Below, piece by piece: positions 46,411 through 60,800 of a stretch of DNA of 64,000 nucleotides. The stretch lies in assembly GCA_964234715.1 (NCBI GenBank), contig OZ174290.1. The stretch is one strand, 5' to 3'. The stretch is from Podarcis melisellensis (Eukaryota). The position numbers and the translations under genes were made by a program. The number at the start of each line of letters is the position of its first letter. Positions within the stretch are counted from its first letter, which is position 1. A model generated the notes under the pieces. That model had not been told where the DNA came from. It saw nothing but the letters and a program-made list of their open reading frames with translations, and searched no databases.

Positions 46411-49400
46411 GTTCCAACAGACAGGTAGTTAATAGCAAAGTTAAGAACGAAATGCCAATTCCCAGGCAAGTCACTGTTTCTTACATCTATAGTTTATCAG
46501 TACCTCATAGTGACAGTCACTAAAAAACCCACAACTCTATAAGACCAAAGTATCTCCTCTCATTAGTTATCCATGAATGGCAGCCATAGGAAACTCATGT
46601 GTTAAGAATGGTGCAGGCTGCCTTTGACTGCAGCACAGCATTGTGACTCTCCTTTGAAGGGGGTCACCATCGGAATAATTGCCTTATAATTATTTCTCTT
46701 GCCATTCAGCACTTGGGCTTAATCACTCCCTCCATTCAGCTCAACTTATGAATGGAACAGGGCTCGACCCCCTCCCAGCTCCCCTGGGGACTCAGTGTTC
46801 CTGTCCCTCTGGGTTGCCAAAGTGGCCTAGCGGGTCTGAACAGGAAGCGTCAGAACACCGCTGCATTCAATCTGGGCACCTGGCCTCAACGGCTATTGTA
46901 ATGCGAGACAGATTAACACGCTGCTTCACCGTGACCTCCTGTTCTCTCATCACGCAGCCTCGCAGAACAATATGGGGGAGGAAATATACAGGAAATAATT
47001 AAGGCTGACAATGTGCCATGGAGAGAGAGGGCCTGGCATTCTTCGTGGGGAACAAGGTGTTAAAAAGGACCGGGGGTCATGCCAGTGGCAGAGCAAACAA
47101 GAATGCATTAAGCAAGTACACAGTTCTCCCCGCCTCCGCGAGAAACAAGATTGGGCTACCTCCGACTTATTTCCATTTGCTCCATTAACTCCTCTTTGCT
47201 CGGGCAACCCGAGTGACAGGCAAAAGCTGGCACTGCTGGAGAAACAAACATTCTCTAAAAGCCAAATTCCATTTGCTTAGGGGGTTCCCCATTTTGCACC
47301 AGGTATTGGAATTTTGCATTGTTTAACATCTCAGAATATGTACTATGCATAATTTTAAGAACAGCGCTGAGTGCATAACCCCCAGCTGCCACTAAATAGA
47401 CTCTGGCCCAGATCCAGGAAATCCCATTCTGCATACATAGGATTTTATTCCGAAAACCCTTTCTTGCCCACTGAACAGAAATCTACTTCGCTGACAACCT
47501 CCCCCCGAAGTTCAGAATCAGCTGCTGATGCAAGCCTGGGGAGGCTGCTGTTTTGTGTTTCAAAAGGAAACTAAAATGCCCATAGCATGTCTGTTAGATC
47601 AAATAAGCCTCCAGAATAACAAATGGGACAGCTGGCAGATGTCTTGTAAATTCGAACTGAAATCAGATCCAAACCAAAGGGGTTGTGACATACTTCTCTC
47701 TACCCTGTATTTTAACATCTTTTCCTGTGTATGTGTAAAGTCAGTGTATTTGGTGTTTGAATCAGAAAGGGCAGACTGTAAAAACCCTTCCACGCAGTGT
47801 TTCCCCATCCTGGTACTTTCCAGATGTTTTTGACCAGCATCCCCCAACCTGGTGCCCTCCATATGCTTTGGTTGATGCTGGGAACCTTCTGCACGAAAAA
47901 GTGAGTGTTCCACCACTGGGCTGTGGTACCTCCCCACATTTGATCCTTGGATCCCATATTTTATTCTCCTTGCTGGCATACCTTATAAATAATGTGAATC
48001 AGGAAAAGTAGACTCAGAAATAGCTTCTACTCACTAACAGGAATGGAAGGAATTGTTGATTTTGGTTCTCCCAGTTGCTCAGTTTTCCAATCTTAAATGT
48101 AGGTATCCACATTACTAAACCAGTTATTTGAATCCAGCCCAGAACATTCCAATTTGATGGGTTCCCCATAAAATGCAAATTGAAACAAATTTCTTCCCCA
48201 TCCTTAGTCACAACCCTGGGGTGTGCTAGGATCTCTGTGTCTTTAACAATGCTCCATCTTCTGCAGAATGAACTATTGATTGAGAACATTAACTATTACA
48301 CTCTTTTAATAAATTGGCACCTTATGTAGAGCAGAAAGGTGAGGCACTAATCAGTTATGAGTGTCTAATTCATTATTTCCCTGATGACCTCTAACCCTAT
48401 GTTCTGAGAAAAGCAGCTCCACTGTCACTCATTCCCCTTTCATGGATCTTGCCAAAGCCACTGTTGGAAAATTAGGCACTTGAACAAAAAACTCAAGGTG
48501 TGAGGTAGGTGCTTAGTGGGCGACTCTGGGCTCTGTGTGTTCAGGTCTCAGAACCCATTGCAGTTGCAGAAGCAAGTGTGCAGCTACAGTCCCAGGAACT
48601 AGCAGGCTGTAAGAAATTTCTAGCTGTGCTCAGGCCTTGCCTTCTGCCATTGTCTGGTCAACATAGCAGTACTTTTCTGCTTGCTACACTCTAATGTCCT
48701 TCCAGCATTTCCATATGGTTCAGGTCACTGACCAGGGGAATTCTAAGCTGGAAACCCTATAGATCAAGGGTGAGGAACCTGAGGCTCTCCAGATGTGATT
48801 GGGACTCCAACACCCATCAACCGCAGCCAGCATGGACAACGGCCAAGAGTGATGGGAGTTGTAGTCAGAATGGAAATCACGGGATTTCTATATTGCTGTC
48901 TGGTTACACTGGCCTTTTCGAGTTTAGGTATTTGTGATGTTTTGTTGCATATGTGCTAATTAGTGTGGTGCCGTGATTAGATTGTTCAGATTTGCTTGGG
49001 GCTGCACCAAAATCTGCTCAGCTGGACACAGTGGGCAATACTGGACCAGGAGCACAACCTCTTTCACAGTGTTGTTTGGGGGATACAATGGGGTAACCAA
49101 TATGTATACCACTGTGGGAGGATATAAAGTAAGACTTTTCTCCAGCAAGTTATCTTGGTCTTGGCCACAGCCAGCCAGAGAACGGAGGGACCATGAAATT
49201 AAGCAAGTGGGAAGCAACTGCCTAAAGAGAGCGCAGCAATATTTCAGGGAAACAAAGTGCTATAATAGCACCTGTCTTTTTACAAAAGCCTGGCACACAT
49301 GCAGACAAAAAGTTGGCAAACTAGGGCTATTATTTTCACAAACCCACTTTCAAAACATCAATACAATAAATTTAAAAGTGGATTAAGTGGCTGCAGGTCA

Positions 49401-50227
49401 CCTGGAATAAGACAATAGTCTTGCCAATGTTTGTTTGGAAGGAGGAAAGCAGGGGGAAGAAAAGAGAAAGATGTTGAATGACTGGCTCTGGTAGGTAACC
49501 TTGCTCAAGCATTGATCTTCCTGAAATGATTAATGAGCCTTGCTAATGCATGAATCATCATCAGTTTGTTTAATGGTCTTCCACGCAGCTTCCTTGTGTT
49601 GACACTGGGAGGAAAAGAAGGCACCCTTTCCATAGGGCTCCTCTGCACTCACTGCAAGAAGCTAGTTGTGTAATTTGTGCAACCCATCATACACCTGCCA
49701 TATCCCCAGATGCCCCTCTCACCTACTGTGCATTTCCCATATGAACCTTCTTGTGAAGAAGAGGATGGAGCCAGTCCTAGACTCCCTTTGGCCTTAGCCA
49801 AAATGGAGGGACCTGGAACCTCTCCCACCTATATCTAGCAATGTTCTGACATACACCTGTGCTTGTACACCAAAGGAGTGGTGTGTGAATGGGCACATCA
49901 ACCCACTTCTTGTCCTTGTCACTTTCTTATATTTGTCCCCACAATTCTCCTCTGACCTACTTCTGTATTAATCTGCCAAAAATAAAAAAGAATCGAAAAA
50001 TATTGAACATTCACATTTTTTTTTAAAAAACTAATAATACAGATTTTTGAAGTCCTTTCTCTCAAAATTCTATATTTTCTACACTTTATGTCGGTACATG
50101 TTTTCATCCAAGAATATCATCAGAATATTTGCGAAGTGGGAAAGCTGGGGGATTAAAAAAAAGTTCAAATCTGCACATTCATCTGGGATGTGCAGACCAG
50201 ATCAGTTTGATCCCTATCAGTGTGATA

Positions 50228-50428
50228 TGGGAAGGGGCATAGCTCAGTGGTAGAGCATCTGCTTTGCATGCAGAAGGTCTCTGGTTTGATCCCTGGCATC
50301 TCCAAGTAGGGCTGGGAAAGCCCCTATGCCTATGCAAAAAACCCCAGAGAAGCACTGCCAGTTAATGTGCAGGGTAATGAACTAGATGGACTAATGGACT
50401 GTCTCAGAATAAGGCAGATTCCTATGTT
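50228..50428 (+). mobile_element. SINE with tRNA-Ala-like head
   Basis: GGGGCATAGCTCAGTGGTAGAGCATCTGCTTTGCATGCAGAAGG...CCTGGCATCTCCA, then a LINE-derived tail CTAGATGGAC...AAGGCAGATTCCTATGTT. Decayed relatives near 37000-37190, 47880-47935 and 57300-57400. Confidence 0.78.
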
Positions 50429-50624
50429 TGCATCAGAATTTGCAAATATCGGGTCCCCTAGGCTTTGTTTTGAACCCATGCTGAGCCTTCCACATGTGAG
50501 TTGCTTTGGGGGTGGGATGAACAATTCCTTCAATTCTTAATCAATGAGCTAAAGAAATAGGAAAAAAGAGCCTAGGCAAATAACCAGTCAGTTAATGAAA
50601 CAGAGTTTTCTTTTGATCTCTTTT

Positions 50625-51060
50625 AAGGGCCTGTGCTGTTGAACATCTTCATTAGCATCCTGGAAAATATATCTATATCTAGTTGAACAGGAAAATGGCA
50701 ACATTTCCAGATGATGAAGAAAAGGAATCAAAATACTTAAGCTTCAAGCAGATTGCAAAGACTTAACACTCGATAAGGCGGCATGAAAATGGCCCATGAG
50801 ATGTGAAATGTCGCAAAATGATGCACATCAGGGGAAAATAATAATAATATCACACAATGCATTGTGCAATTTGGGGCTCTAAACTAGCTGTCATTACTCA
50901 GGAAGGATATTTTGGAATAATTCTAGTTAGCTTGCTGAAAACAAGAGCTTAGTCAGCTGCAGCTGTCAAAAAGGCAAATAAAATGTTAAGAATTATTACG
51001 AAGGGGGTATAAGAGCAGAAAACATAATAATAACTCTATAAATCAATTGCGCACCCACCA
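50625..51060 (+). pseudogene. Very old CR1-type RT fragment
   Basis: Decayed translation GPVLLNIFISILE...FPDD, and GTCAAAAAGGCAAATAAAATGTTAAGAAT (VKKANKML); many indels. Confidence 0.55.
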
Positions 51061-51428
51061 ATGCCATCAATTCTCTGTGCATTCTCAGTCACCCCGTGTA
51101 ATGCATGCCAGGGAAAAACAAGGGAAAGTTGCTGTCAAGAACTTAAGAGCCTGATGGATCAAGACAATGGCCCATCTAGTCCAGCAGCCTGCTCTCCCTG
51201 TGGTCCTCTAGATACCCATGAGAAACCAACAAGCAGGATGCCTATGGGGAAGCCCAGCCATGAGAGCACTGTCCCCTTCCATGGCTCCCAGCAATTGGTA
51301 TTCAAAAGCTTTATTGCCTCCAACCCTCAAGGCAGAACATACCATCCTGGCTAGTTAGTAGCCAGTGACAGCCCTTCCCTCTGTCGATTTGTCTGATCCT
51401 GATTTAAAGCCGTCTACATTGATGGCCA

Positions 51429-51773
51429 GGGACGTGGGTGGCGCTGTGGGTTAAACCACAGAGCCTAGGACTTGCCGATCAGAAGGTCGGCAGTTCGAAT
51501 CCCTGCGACGGAGTGAGCTCCCGTTGCCCCTGCCAACCTAGCAGTTCAAAAGCACGCCAAAGTGCAAGTAGATAAATAGGTACCACCCCGGCAGGAAGGT
51601 AAACGGTGTTTCCATGTGCTGCTCTGGTTCGCCAGAAGCGGCTTAGTCATGCTGGCCACATGACCCGGAAGCTGTATGCCGGCTCCCTCGGCCAATAAAG
51701 CAAGATGAGCGCCGCAACCCCAGAGTCGGTCACGACTGGACCTAATGGTCAGGGGCCCCTTTACCTTTGCATT
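51429..51773 (+). mobile_element. Sauria SINE
   Basis: Full consensus; 14-bp TSD TACATTGATGGC(C/T)A at 51415-51428 and 51774-51787; inserted in an older LINE-tail repeat. Confidence 0.95.
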
Positions 51774-53654
51774 TACATTGATGGCTATCACTGCCTCCTG
51801 AGGGAGCGAGTTCAATAATTTAACTATGTGTGGTGTGAATAAGTACCTTTTTTTAAAAAAACCTCTCCTGAAGCCTCCAACACTCGGCTTCATTGGATGT
51901 CCGTGAGTTCTAGTGTTAAGAGAGAGGGAGAAAAACTTTATCTGCTTACTCCATGTTCAACCAGTCTCCTTCCAAGGCAGATTCTATGGCTCTGTAAGGC
52001 AGGGATGGAGAAGCTTTTTTTTAGCTGGACGGACACATTATCTTCTGGGCCACATGCCAGCAGGGAGGGCAAAAACAAAAGTGGGCAGAGACACTAATGC
52101 ACACTCACGCACACACCTCTATATCCAAAAGAGTAAGTAATGCACTTATACACACTCCCGTCACTATCCAAAATCCAGACAAACAAGAGGAAGTCTAAGA
52201 ATTCAAGGGCAAATTCCCACCAGGCAGTAACAGTCAAAGAAGCAGGACCCGTGGGGTGTGTAGCCTGAGGAAAGGGTGTGTGGCCTGGATGGCTCCATTC
52301 AGTTCTTGGATGTGAGGTTCCCCACCCTTGCCTTATAAGACAGAGCTAAAATGGAGTACATTCATCAGAAGAATCTCTATGTGGAACACCTAACCTGCGC
52401 AAGGTCCATGGGGAACCCTGGGGCAGTTTGATCTGTATACCAGCCAGAGGTCCTCTGGGACCCTCTAGACTAAATGTATTTTCCCTCTCAGTTTCACATT
52501 TTATACTTATTTAGGTATGGTTGTTAAAAAACAAAACAAAATTCAAAGACGTGCAAAGTCTTCCATGCCATCGCAATCAAAGAGATGTGGCTCAGATCCT
52601 GCCACCATTTGTAAAGAACATATTCCTTGAACACTCCTAACTAAATCATCCAGTGCCCTCCATGAACAACCAAGGGCTCTTTTGTACACTTCCTTTGTAG
52701 CAGTTGATTCCAGTTCCAGAAGCAAAAGAGAGAGTGAGCTGACTGGATCTTTAGTTTCGTCAGAGCAGGCTCTAATGAGTTTTCACCTCTTGTCTAATGG
52801 TGAAGCTGAGCCTGAGCTGAGCATTTACAATAAACCCAGAGGCAAGGCTTATGAGAGGGAGGGAGGGAGGGAGGGAGGGAGGGAGAGAGAGAGAGAGAGA
52901 GAGAGAATAATGAAGATGGGAGGGAAGAACACCTTCCTACCCTTCATCTACTCTAGTTAATTTTAGCTTAATTTAATTTACAAAGTTCTTCTGTAAATAT
53001 CATTCTTTCCTCAATGTCAGAAAGAACAGAGACACTGCAATTGTTAATCTAATCACCCAGTGTATCATAAAAAGACTTTCACTGTTAATTGTTAGGAAGG
53101 ACCAGAGTTATTTTGTGTGTCAGGTATGGGACAGCAGAGAGAAATAATTACAATCAGATCTAATTAGTAATTATAACCAATCTCTCATAGAAATTGTTTT
53201 TAGTGTGATATTCCCATAGATGCTTTAATAGACTTTTTAGTGCTATTGTAAGGAGTTCTCTGGGTTGAACACCAAGACTGTGACTTGAATGCAGAAGTGC
53301 TGCCGTCCAAGTAACTCCGGCCCTTGGCTCCAGACCATGAAAACTCTCTTACGTTGAGTAGCACACAGCTGCTCTGGGGAGCCATCTACCGCTTGGCTGC
53401 TCTGAAATGTGAACAGCTGACTCTTTGAGGATGGTCAGTTGCTTTGGAGCTGGGCCAGTTCAAAAGGGGGAGCTACACGTTTTGATTCTTCTGGCAAACA
53501 CCAGTTTTCGGACCTGTATCGAAACTGCCTCCCAGCAAATTTTAACTTCACAGCCTGGTTTGCAAGCAATGAAAAGGAGTCTGGATTTTCATTGATCTTT
53601 TCAGCTGGGCTTGTAAACAGAGTTGAAGTTTCGCCCATATTAGCAACGAGAAGG

Positions 53655-54100
53655 AAGGAATGGAGAAACACACCAATTTGTTATTTTCTCCATTTCTCAG
53701 TTTCCCGGTCTTCAGTTCAGTCCACCACATCTTTGTACCAGTTTTCAATCTTTTTCTTTAAAAAGCTTCTCATGGAAATCCATCAGCGTATTAGTGCAGA
53801 TTTCTCCAAACACACACATTTTTGCATGCATATTTGCCTAAAGCATACATTTGTGCAAAAAAATTCCTCTAATACAATGCATTTTATGTATGTTATTTTC
53901 ATCAATGTCTGTATTTTATGCACACTTCACGCTAGTATATGAATTTTTGTACACATCACTTGGTTGGAACTGCACTGCAAAATTTGGAGAACTGCAGATT
54001 CCAAAGGATGGCATTATTTCAGTCCGTGTATTGTTTCAGAAAGTGTGAATTTGCTAAGTTAACCTTTAAATGGAGACAGGTCAAAGGCAGTTCCACTCCC
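53655..54100 (+). repeat. Abundant AT-rich interspersed repeat (probable non-autonomous DNA transposon)
   Basis: Shared core GGCTGGAGAACTGCATTGCAAAATTCGGAGAAGTG. Further copies near 3875-4290, 14690-15300 (minus), 32890-33280, 38937-39330 (minus), 48040-48205, 55405-55965 and 60800-61165. Confidence 0.75.
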
Positions 54101-55613
54101 CTCCCTACTGCACACAACTTGCTTTCCAGACACACAGTATTTTCTTTCTTATTATCAGGGCCAGCGCTGCCATTAGGCAAAAGTGAGGAGGCTTCTTCTG
54201 GCAACTGATTTGGGGTGTTATGAATGGGCAGCAAAATAGTTAATTAATACGTTTATTTGTGCTGAATTTTCCCTGCCAGGGAGGGGAAGAGGTGCTTACA
54301 GGATTCTCTGCTTCATTTACCAAAACAACCTGGCCAGCTTTGGATAACATGTACCTGACCAGGAGAGTTGAGGGCACAATTTGCTGTTCTGCCTTAGGCA
54401 GCAAAATATATTGGGCCTGCCTTGCCTCTGGGTCTTGGTTTCAGACTAACACATTGACAAGAGAGACATTCTGATGCAGTACAGTATGTGAACTACAAAA
54501 GGTTATGCTACAATAAAGTTGTTAGCCATCAAAATTTCCGCTTTTGCTTCAGAACAGGATAACAAGTCACTCTTCTGAACTTCAGGAAACTACTTATTGC
54601 ATGATATATTGTCCCAAGAATTATGGTGGAAGACCTTTCACTGGCAATGCCAGGAACCAAACTAGGGACCAAATAAACAAAGCATGGGCTTTGAGATAAG
54701 GGCCCTCCCTTATGCAAAGGAGAACAAAGCATCACTAGAACTATATAGAACAACCTGAAAAGGGCATATTTCACCATTAACCTCTGGGCACTCTAGCTGC
54801 CCTCCAAAAACATCTTCAGCATCTAACTTGTAGGACTATAGCCATTTAATCAATTTAGAGCTGGAGTGGTTCCATCTGAATGCAAATTCACTGCTCCAGC
54901 TCACTTTTCTTGTGTCTACAATATGAAAAATCTGGTTCATTGGTAACTTTGGAAGCACAGGTGAGGGAGGCGGTATTCACACAGCTTTCTATTCATGGAA
55001 TGAGCATCCCTGGATGGAATCGATCCTTTCTGTGTGCTCTAAGCAGGCACAGGCAAAGGAACCAGGGGAATATGTGCAGAACTAAGACACTTGAGCACAA
55101 GCTGTTGCCTTCTAACCAGATCCTCAGTGGAGTGTCCTTTCGTGACAAGGTAGACACTGGGGCTACAGTTCCCAGCATCAGGGATGGAAAAGTAGAGCTA
55201 TTCCCATTACTTTCTTGCAGAATCCTGATGCCCCAGTTGGAAGGAAGCCACCACAACTTCCTCCTTTTCCACTACCATCTCCCCCTTTTCCTGTCCTGGA
55301 CAAGGGTCTCAGGGGTTCAGGGAAAGAAAGACACAGAGCCACGTCCTTGGAGTGCTGGCTGAGCAGACCCTGCTCATTGCCACTCAACCTCCACCTACTT
55401 GTGAGTAAGGATGGGCAAAACTTTCAGTTTTGGTTCCTCATTTCATCGATAACCTGTAAATTGCAAATGGATTTGGGAAGGTGGAGAACTTAAGTAAAGA
55501 CATCTGAAGGGAAGCTTTTAATGTTTGATGTATTACTGTATTTTAATATTTTGTTGGAAGCCTCCTAGAGTGGCTGGGGAAACCCAGCCAGATGGGCAGG
55601 GTATAAATAATGA

Positions 55614-55656
<43 letters not shown>
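55614..55656. repeat. (TTA)n microsatellite at an L2-type tail
   Basis: Read directly from the sequence. Confidence 0.95.
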
Positions 55657-55657
<1 letters not shown>

Positions 55658-57417
55658 GATTAGGAAAAAAATCACCAGCATTTTATTATGAACGTAAACA
55701 TATTTCTGTGCCATTTTACCTAAAATACACATTTTTTTGCAACACAGAAGCCCCTAATATAGTTTATTTGAATATGCTGTTTTTACTAATATAAACATAT
55801 AGCCTTTTGTATGCATTACTTGGCTGGAGATCTGCATTGCAAAATTTGGAGAAGTTTGAATTTCGAAGGATGGCTATGTTTTGGTTCATGTGCTAATTTG
55901 GAAACTGTGAATTAGCTAAGTTCACCTTTAGAGGTGAACGGAATTGAATTTCCCCCATATCCCTACTAGTGAGTAATTGAAGCTTGCTTTGCACGTGCTT
56001 CCTAACCTCCAACAGCAGCGCACATCCAGTTCAAGGCCCCTCTGAAGCAAAGTAATTCAATTAAGCCTAGTTCACAGAGAGTGCTAAAAAAAGAAAAAAG
56101 GAAAACAACTCTCACGAGAATAATTTTCTTCTATGGATTTTTTTAAGACCAGCGGCTGGAGAATCACTTTCTAGTGTTTGTGCTGCCTCTTCAGTCAATA
56201 AATAAGGCGGAAATAAAGGATTTGAGAGAAAACAGAATGCAGTCAAAAGGTAAATTGTGGTCTTTAATGCTCCTAAGAGACTGCCACCAACTTTGAAATG
56301 TTTCCTAGTTTGAGAGCATTTCCTCCCTGCTCCATGCATCCCAGTCCCCCAATTTACATCTCTAGGAGGTAATCTTTAAAACTGATTTCCCTCTGGTTGC
56401 ATTTCATTGTCAGAGAAACTAAACAGGCAGCTGCATTACAGTAATAATGTCAATGTTTCTCAACCACTTTTGCCTTAATTATTTTTTTGTTTTTGTCAAT
56501 GGAACCAGTTAAATAAGATTTATTTGGGGGGAAGAAAGGAGGAGGTGTTGACAGTGTATATACGACCATCTAGCCAAAGCGCATTGTGCTGCTTTGCATT
56601 TGTGAACACACGCACACAAAAAGATGCGATAAACAGTTTGAGACACGCAAGAAATAATATTGTCAGCGGTTCCCCAGCCTCTCTGCCTTAATTATGCCTT
56701 TTTGCAGCCTCGCCACCTGAACCAGTTTAGATAAGATGTCTGTATGGATAAGAAGCAAAGGTTTCTATTCTGCCTAGCAGATAAGTGGCTCTTTCAGCCG
56801 TGAAGAGGAAGAGAGAATACCGTTCGCACAGCTATTCACAGATCTTCCCTGGATTTCCAGCAGCTTCTCAGTTGTAGGCTGACAAACTTTAGAGCTCATA
56901 ACAATTTGCAAACTAATAAGGAAATAATAAAATAGACCATCAATTTAAAAAACAAATTTTATGCCTTTCTGATTCTGCAGATTTATTCCTCAGCCATCGC
57001 CTTTTACAGTCAGAATGCACTGGAAATGGTAAACAGGGAATTTACCCCCTTCCCCTTCCTCTTATCACCAATGATGAATTTCAGCCGCCCATCTCATACT
57101 AGAAGGTTAAGTGGTGGTAGGTTATCCCATTTTAAACGACACACCCTTTTCTGAAATGAAAAACTGAAGGCACTTCACGGTTACATCTGGAAATATTTTA
57201 CTTTGGGGGCCAAACTATATGCTATATTGAAAACTTTTTTAAAAGAATATGCTTAGCAGCAGCCATATCTCTTTCATAATAATCCTCAGAGACTTTCAGT
57301 AGGGCTGGGTAAAACCTTCAACCCTGGAGAGATGCTGCCAGTCAGTGTGAGCTAGATGGAGCAGGGGGCTGACTCAGTGTTGGACAGCTTCTGGTGTTTC
57401 ACAGAAGTCTCCAGTTA

Positions 57418-57630
57418 CAGTGGTACCTTGGGTAACATACGCTTCAGGTTACATACGCTTATTACCTCGGGTTAAGAACTTTGCTTCAGGATGAGAACAG
57501 AAATTGTGCAGCGGCGGCACAGTGGCAGTGGGAGGCCCCATTAGCTAAAGTGGTGCTTCAGGTTAAGAACAGTTTCAGGTTAAGAACAGACCTCCAGAAC
57601 AAATTAAGTTCTTAACCCGAGGTACCACTG
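57418..57630. mobile_element. Tigger-like MITE, same family as 12438-12679
   Basis: CAGTGGTACCT...AGGTACCACTG termini; TA flanks. Confidence 0.88.
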
Positions 57631-57651
57631 TATTTTGTTTCTCATAGTATA

Positions 57652-57899
57652 CAGTGGTACCTCAGGTTACAGACACTTTCTTGTTACAGATGCTTCAGGT
57701 TACAGACTCCGCTAACCCAGAAATAGTACCTTGGGTTAAGAACTTTGCTTCAGGATAAGAACAGAAATCGTGCAGCGGTGGCAGCGTGGCAGCAGTGGGA
57801 GGCCCCATTAGCTAAAGTGTTACTAATGTGGTTAAGAACAGTTTCAGGTTAAGAACGGACCTCCAGAACGAATTAAGTTCTTAACCCGAGGTACCACTG
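57652..57899. mobile_element. Tigger-like MITE, adjacent copy
   Basis: Same TIRs; TA flanks. Confidence 0.88.
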
Positions 57900-60800
57900 T
57901 ATTATCATGTGTAAGGGAAGGTGACAATGGACTTAAATCAAGGAAATTTGGCAGAGATGTGCAAACTTCCTTGCTCTGTGCTATCAGGACAGCTTCCAGG
58001 AGGAGCAACAGGCAGGCCTGAACCTTGCTGCTCCACAGCACCCTCCCTGGCAGTGGTGGGAAATGAAATTGCAATCGGTCAGCCAAACAGGCATCAGGGG
58101 ACCCGGAATATGCTGAACACACATGTTCTCTCTGTGTGGAAGAAGAACCCTAGCCTTGTTCCCTTTAGCTACCTGCTCCAGAAAATGGCAGCCAGTCTAT
58201 TTCAGACTACGTTGTCTGCTTTTGGATTCTTGTTTGCTAACTCTGTAACACTGGCCACTTGCCCACATGAATAACACTATTTGCTGCTGAGCCCACTGGG
58301 TCCCTGACAGTGAACCCTAGAACAATTCCACACAGTACATGCTCCAGCTGCAGCATATATTTCTCCTTTTTTAAAATCCATGGCATGTGTAATTCCCTAA
58401 CATCATCTCAGGAGTTTTATCAGAGAGGAAGGTAGGGATGCCTTAATAGTTAGTTAGACATAATATATTATGCTAAAAGCACAACTGAGGTCACAAATGG
58501 GTCTCATCTGATGTCCAAACTCCACAGCAGCTCTCAGCATCATTTCACACATCCTTAAACACTGCTGGGGGAAAAATGTGGTAAAATGGCAGTCACTATC
58601 CATCCTTTGTTCATTTCTACAATGCGTTCTGTTTACAAGGCTGACTATAAATCACATGAAAATGCTCTTCCTCCTTAATCCCACATGTGATAGTTTCATG
58701 GCGAGGGAAAGACAATCCGCACATGCTCAGAGGTATCCTTTTCTTTACCATTCCAGGCATTGTACCATAACCATTAAAACAGATTTCTAAGCCGTGGTTC
58801 TAATCTTTGGGCTTCCCCATGGCATCTGGTGGGCTACTACGAGATGCTGGGCTAGATGGGCCATGGGTCTAATCCAGCAAACTCTTCTTTTATTCTTAAT
58901 GCTGTAGTTTCCTGCTGTGCAGAGTCAGTCCCCTCCTCTGGCATCAGAGTGGTGGGGAGTGACCAGAGCTCAGTGGCCGAGCGCACACTTAGCACGCAGA
59001 AAAATCCTGTATTAGTTTAGTTTAACATTATTGTATTAATCTACAAGAGCCTTAACACCTTGGGCGCAGATAGTTTAAGGGCCACTTGATCCCTTATACC
59101 CCTGTCCAAACACTGAGATCTGTGAAGGGAGTCTCTGTTGGTGGTCCTTCATGGCTCAGCTGCATGATCCATAATGACTGAAAGCCATACATGTAATGTG
59201 GAACTCCTGACTGAGATGAGCCGGGTACCCTACTGACTAAGGGTGGGAAATATGTTAGTTTCTTGTTTATAATGGTAGCACTTTCGTTCCATTTCCCAAT
59301 GTTCCTTTCATACTGCAGCACCTGTTGCATTGTGGAGCTGTGGCCTTTTGACCAACATGTGGGCATGCCATGTTAAATTTCATCCACACTCATGGGTGTG
59401 GTGTGACACAACAAGCAATGAACATCACTGGGCAGCATCTACTCCCCCACCCATTCTGCACGTGCATGCATGTGTCTGTTCCCTCATGATCCTCCCTCAA
59501 AAATACCAGGGAATTAACATGGGAATGAGTGCAAAATGTTATGGTAGTGCTCAATGTTACGATGACTTTTTAATTGTGTTTTGTTTTCTATGTGGATTAT
59601 TTTTATGCACACCTCTTGGAAATGCTAATGATCCAGTGGTACAAAAATGTCTCAAATAAAAACAAACAAACAAATAAATGCAATCCCAGGTTCGGTCGCT
59701 GACCCCTCGAGTTAAAAGGATAAGGGAGCAGTGGATGGGAGAAGTATTTTCTGCATGAGAGCCAGAAAGAGGCATCACAAGTGGAGTAGACAATAGCTGG
59801 AAGGTGGAATTGGCTGACCTAGCGTAAGGCAGCGTCTGATGGTGCTCTGGAACTCTTTCAGAACATCGTTGCTGCAGCAACTACCGCAGAATCCCTGCCA
59901 AGCAGCGTATCTTCAGCTGCCAACACTCTTGACATCCCTGCATATGGAGGCGCCTGTGTGTGTACAAACATTTACCAACACCTTGATTGATGTGTGAAAA
60001 TGTAATGGGTGTTCGGCTGGCTTCCTATGTTGGGGTGTGGCGAAGGAGGAAGGGTGCTATACGGCTGCTTATTTCTTTGCTTCTATTAAAAATTAAGCAT
60101 TCAAAAATGCCGTCAGAATCACGTACAGGCCTGAGACGGAGGGAAATTAAGGCAAGCAAAGAGGCACAGAAGCCACAGAAAAGTAGGCTTTTAAAAAAAT
60201 GGATCCACATGGGAAGTGAGTGAGGGATGTTATACACCTGTGGAATTCTGTCGTGCATTAGAATACTGAGATGCAGCAATTGTACCTCATTCAGCACCAG
60301 CCTAGAATGACTTTCAGACATAAAGCTGCTGTAGTTTTTAGTCCTTACATGCATTTGTTGCACAAAGTCTATTTTGCTGACTGCATTTTCATTCTCAGCA
60401 CTGACACCCACCAGGGATTTGTTGCAAGTCCTGGGTGATGCTAGAGTTCTGAAATCCTGTGCCCTTGGTGGAAAATGGGGAAACCTTTTTGCCTGAATCC
60501 TGCCACTTTGTGGCCTTTCTCTTAACTCTGGTTGGGCAATGTACCTGCAGTTCTATTAGATTCAGTGGCATGATGGAAAGATGGTGGGGGTACGGCCAGG
60601 GTGCTAGCCCTTCAGTGGGGTCTGCCTCAGAGGTCCAGTGACTGAGGGCTCTGGTTCTGGGCTCTTGGATTCAGAAGGTACCTGGCTGCTGCCCTAAGTC
60701 GTGTCAGGGTCCAGATCCAGTGCCTCTGTAGGCTGTGCTACTAGCCTTCTCCCTCTGATTCAGTGCCCAAATCACTTTAGGAACTCTGGGTCATGACTGG

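Noticed and set aside
45858-46474. 161-aa and 192-aa ORFs with repeated motifs; possible CRISPR-like array
   Set aside because: These are products of a GC-rich MITE with a degenerate 27-bp tandem array; there are no unique spacers and the context is eukaryotic.
50235-50305. Functional tRNA-Ala gene
   Set aside because: Degenerate T arm and continuous with a SINE body.
54880-55362. 160-aa ORF
   Set aside because: No recognisable motif and no convincing splice or start context; consistent with chance, though a BLASTX would settle it.
59820-59990. Ala/Ser-rich open frame (DGALELFQNIVAAATTAESLPSS...)
   Set aside because: In-frame stop just upstream, no polypyrimidine acceptor, and no recognisable homology.
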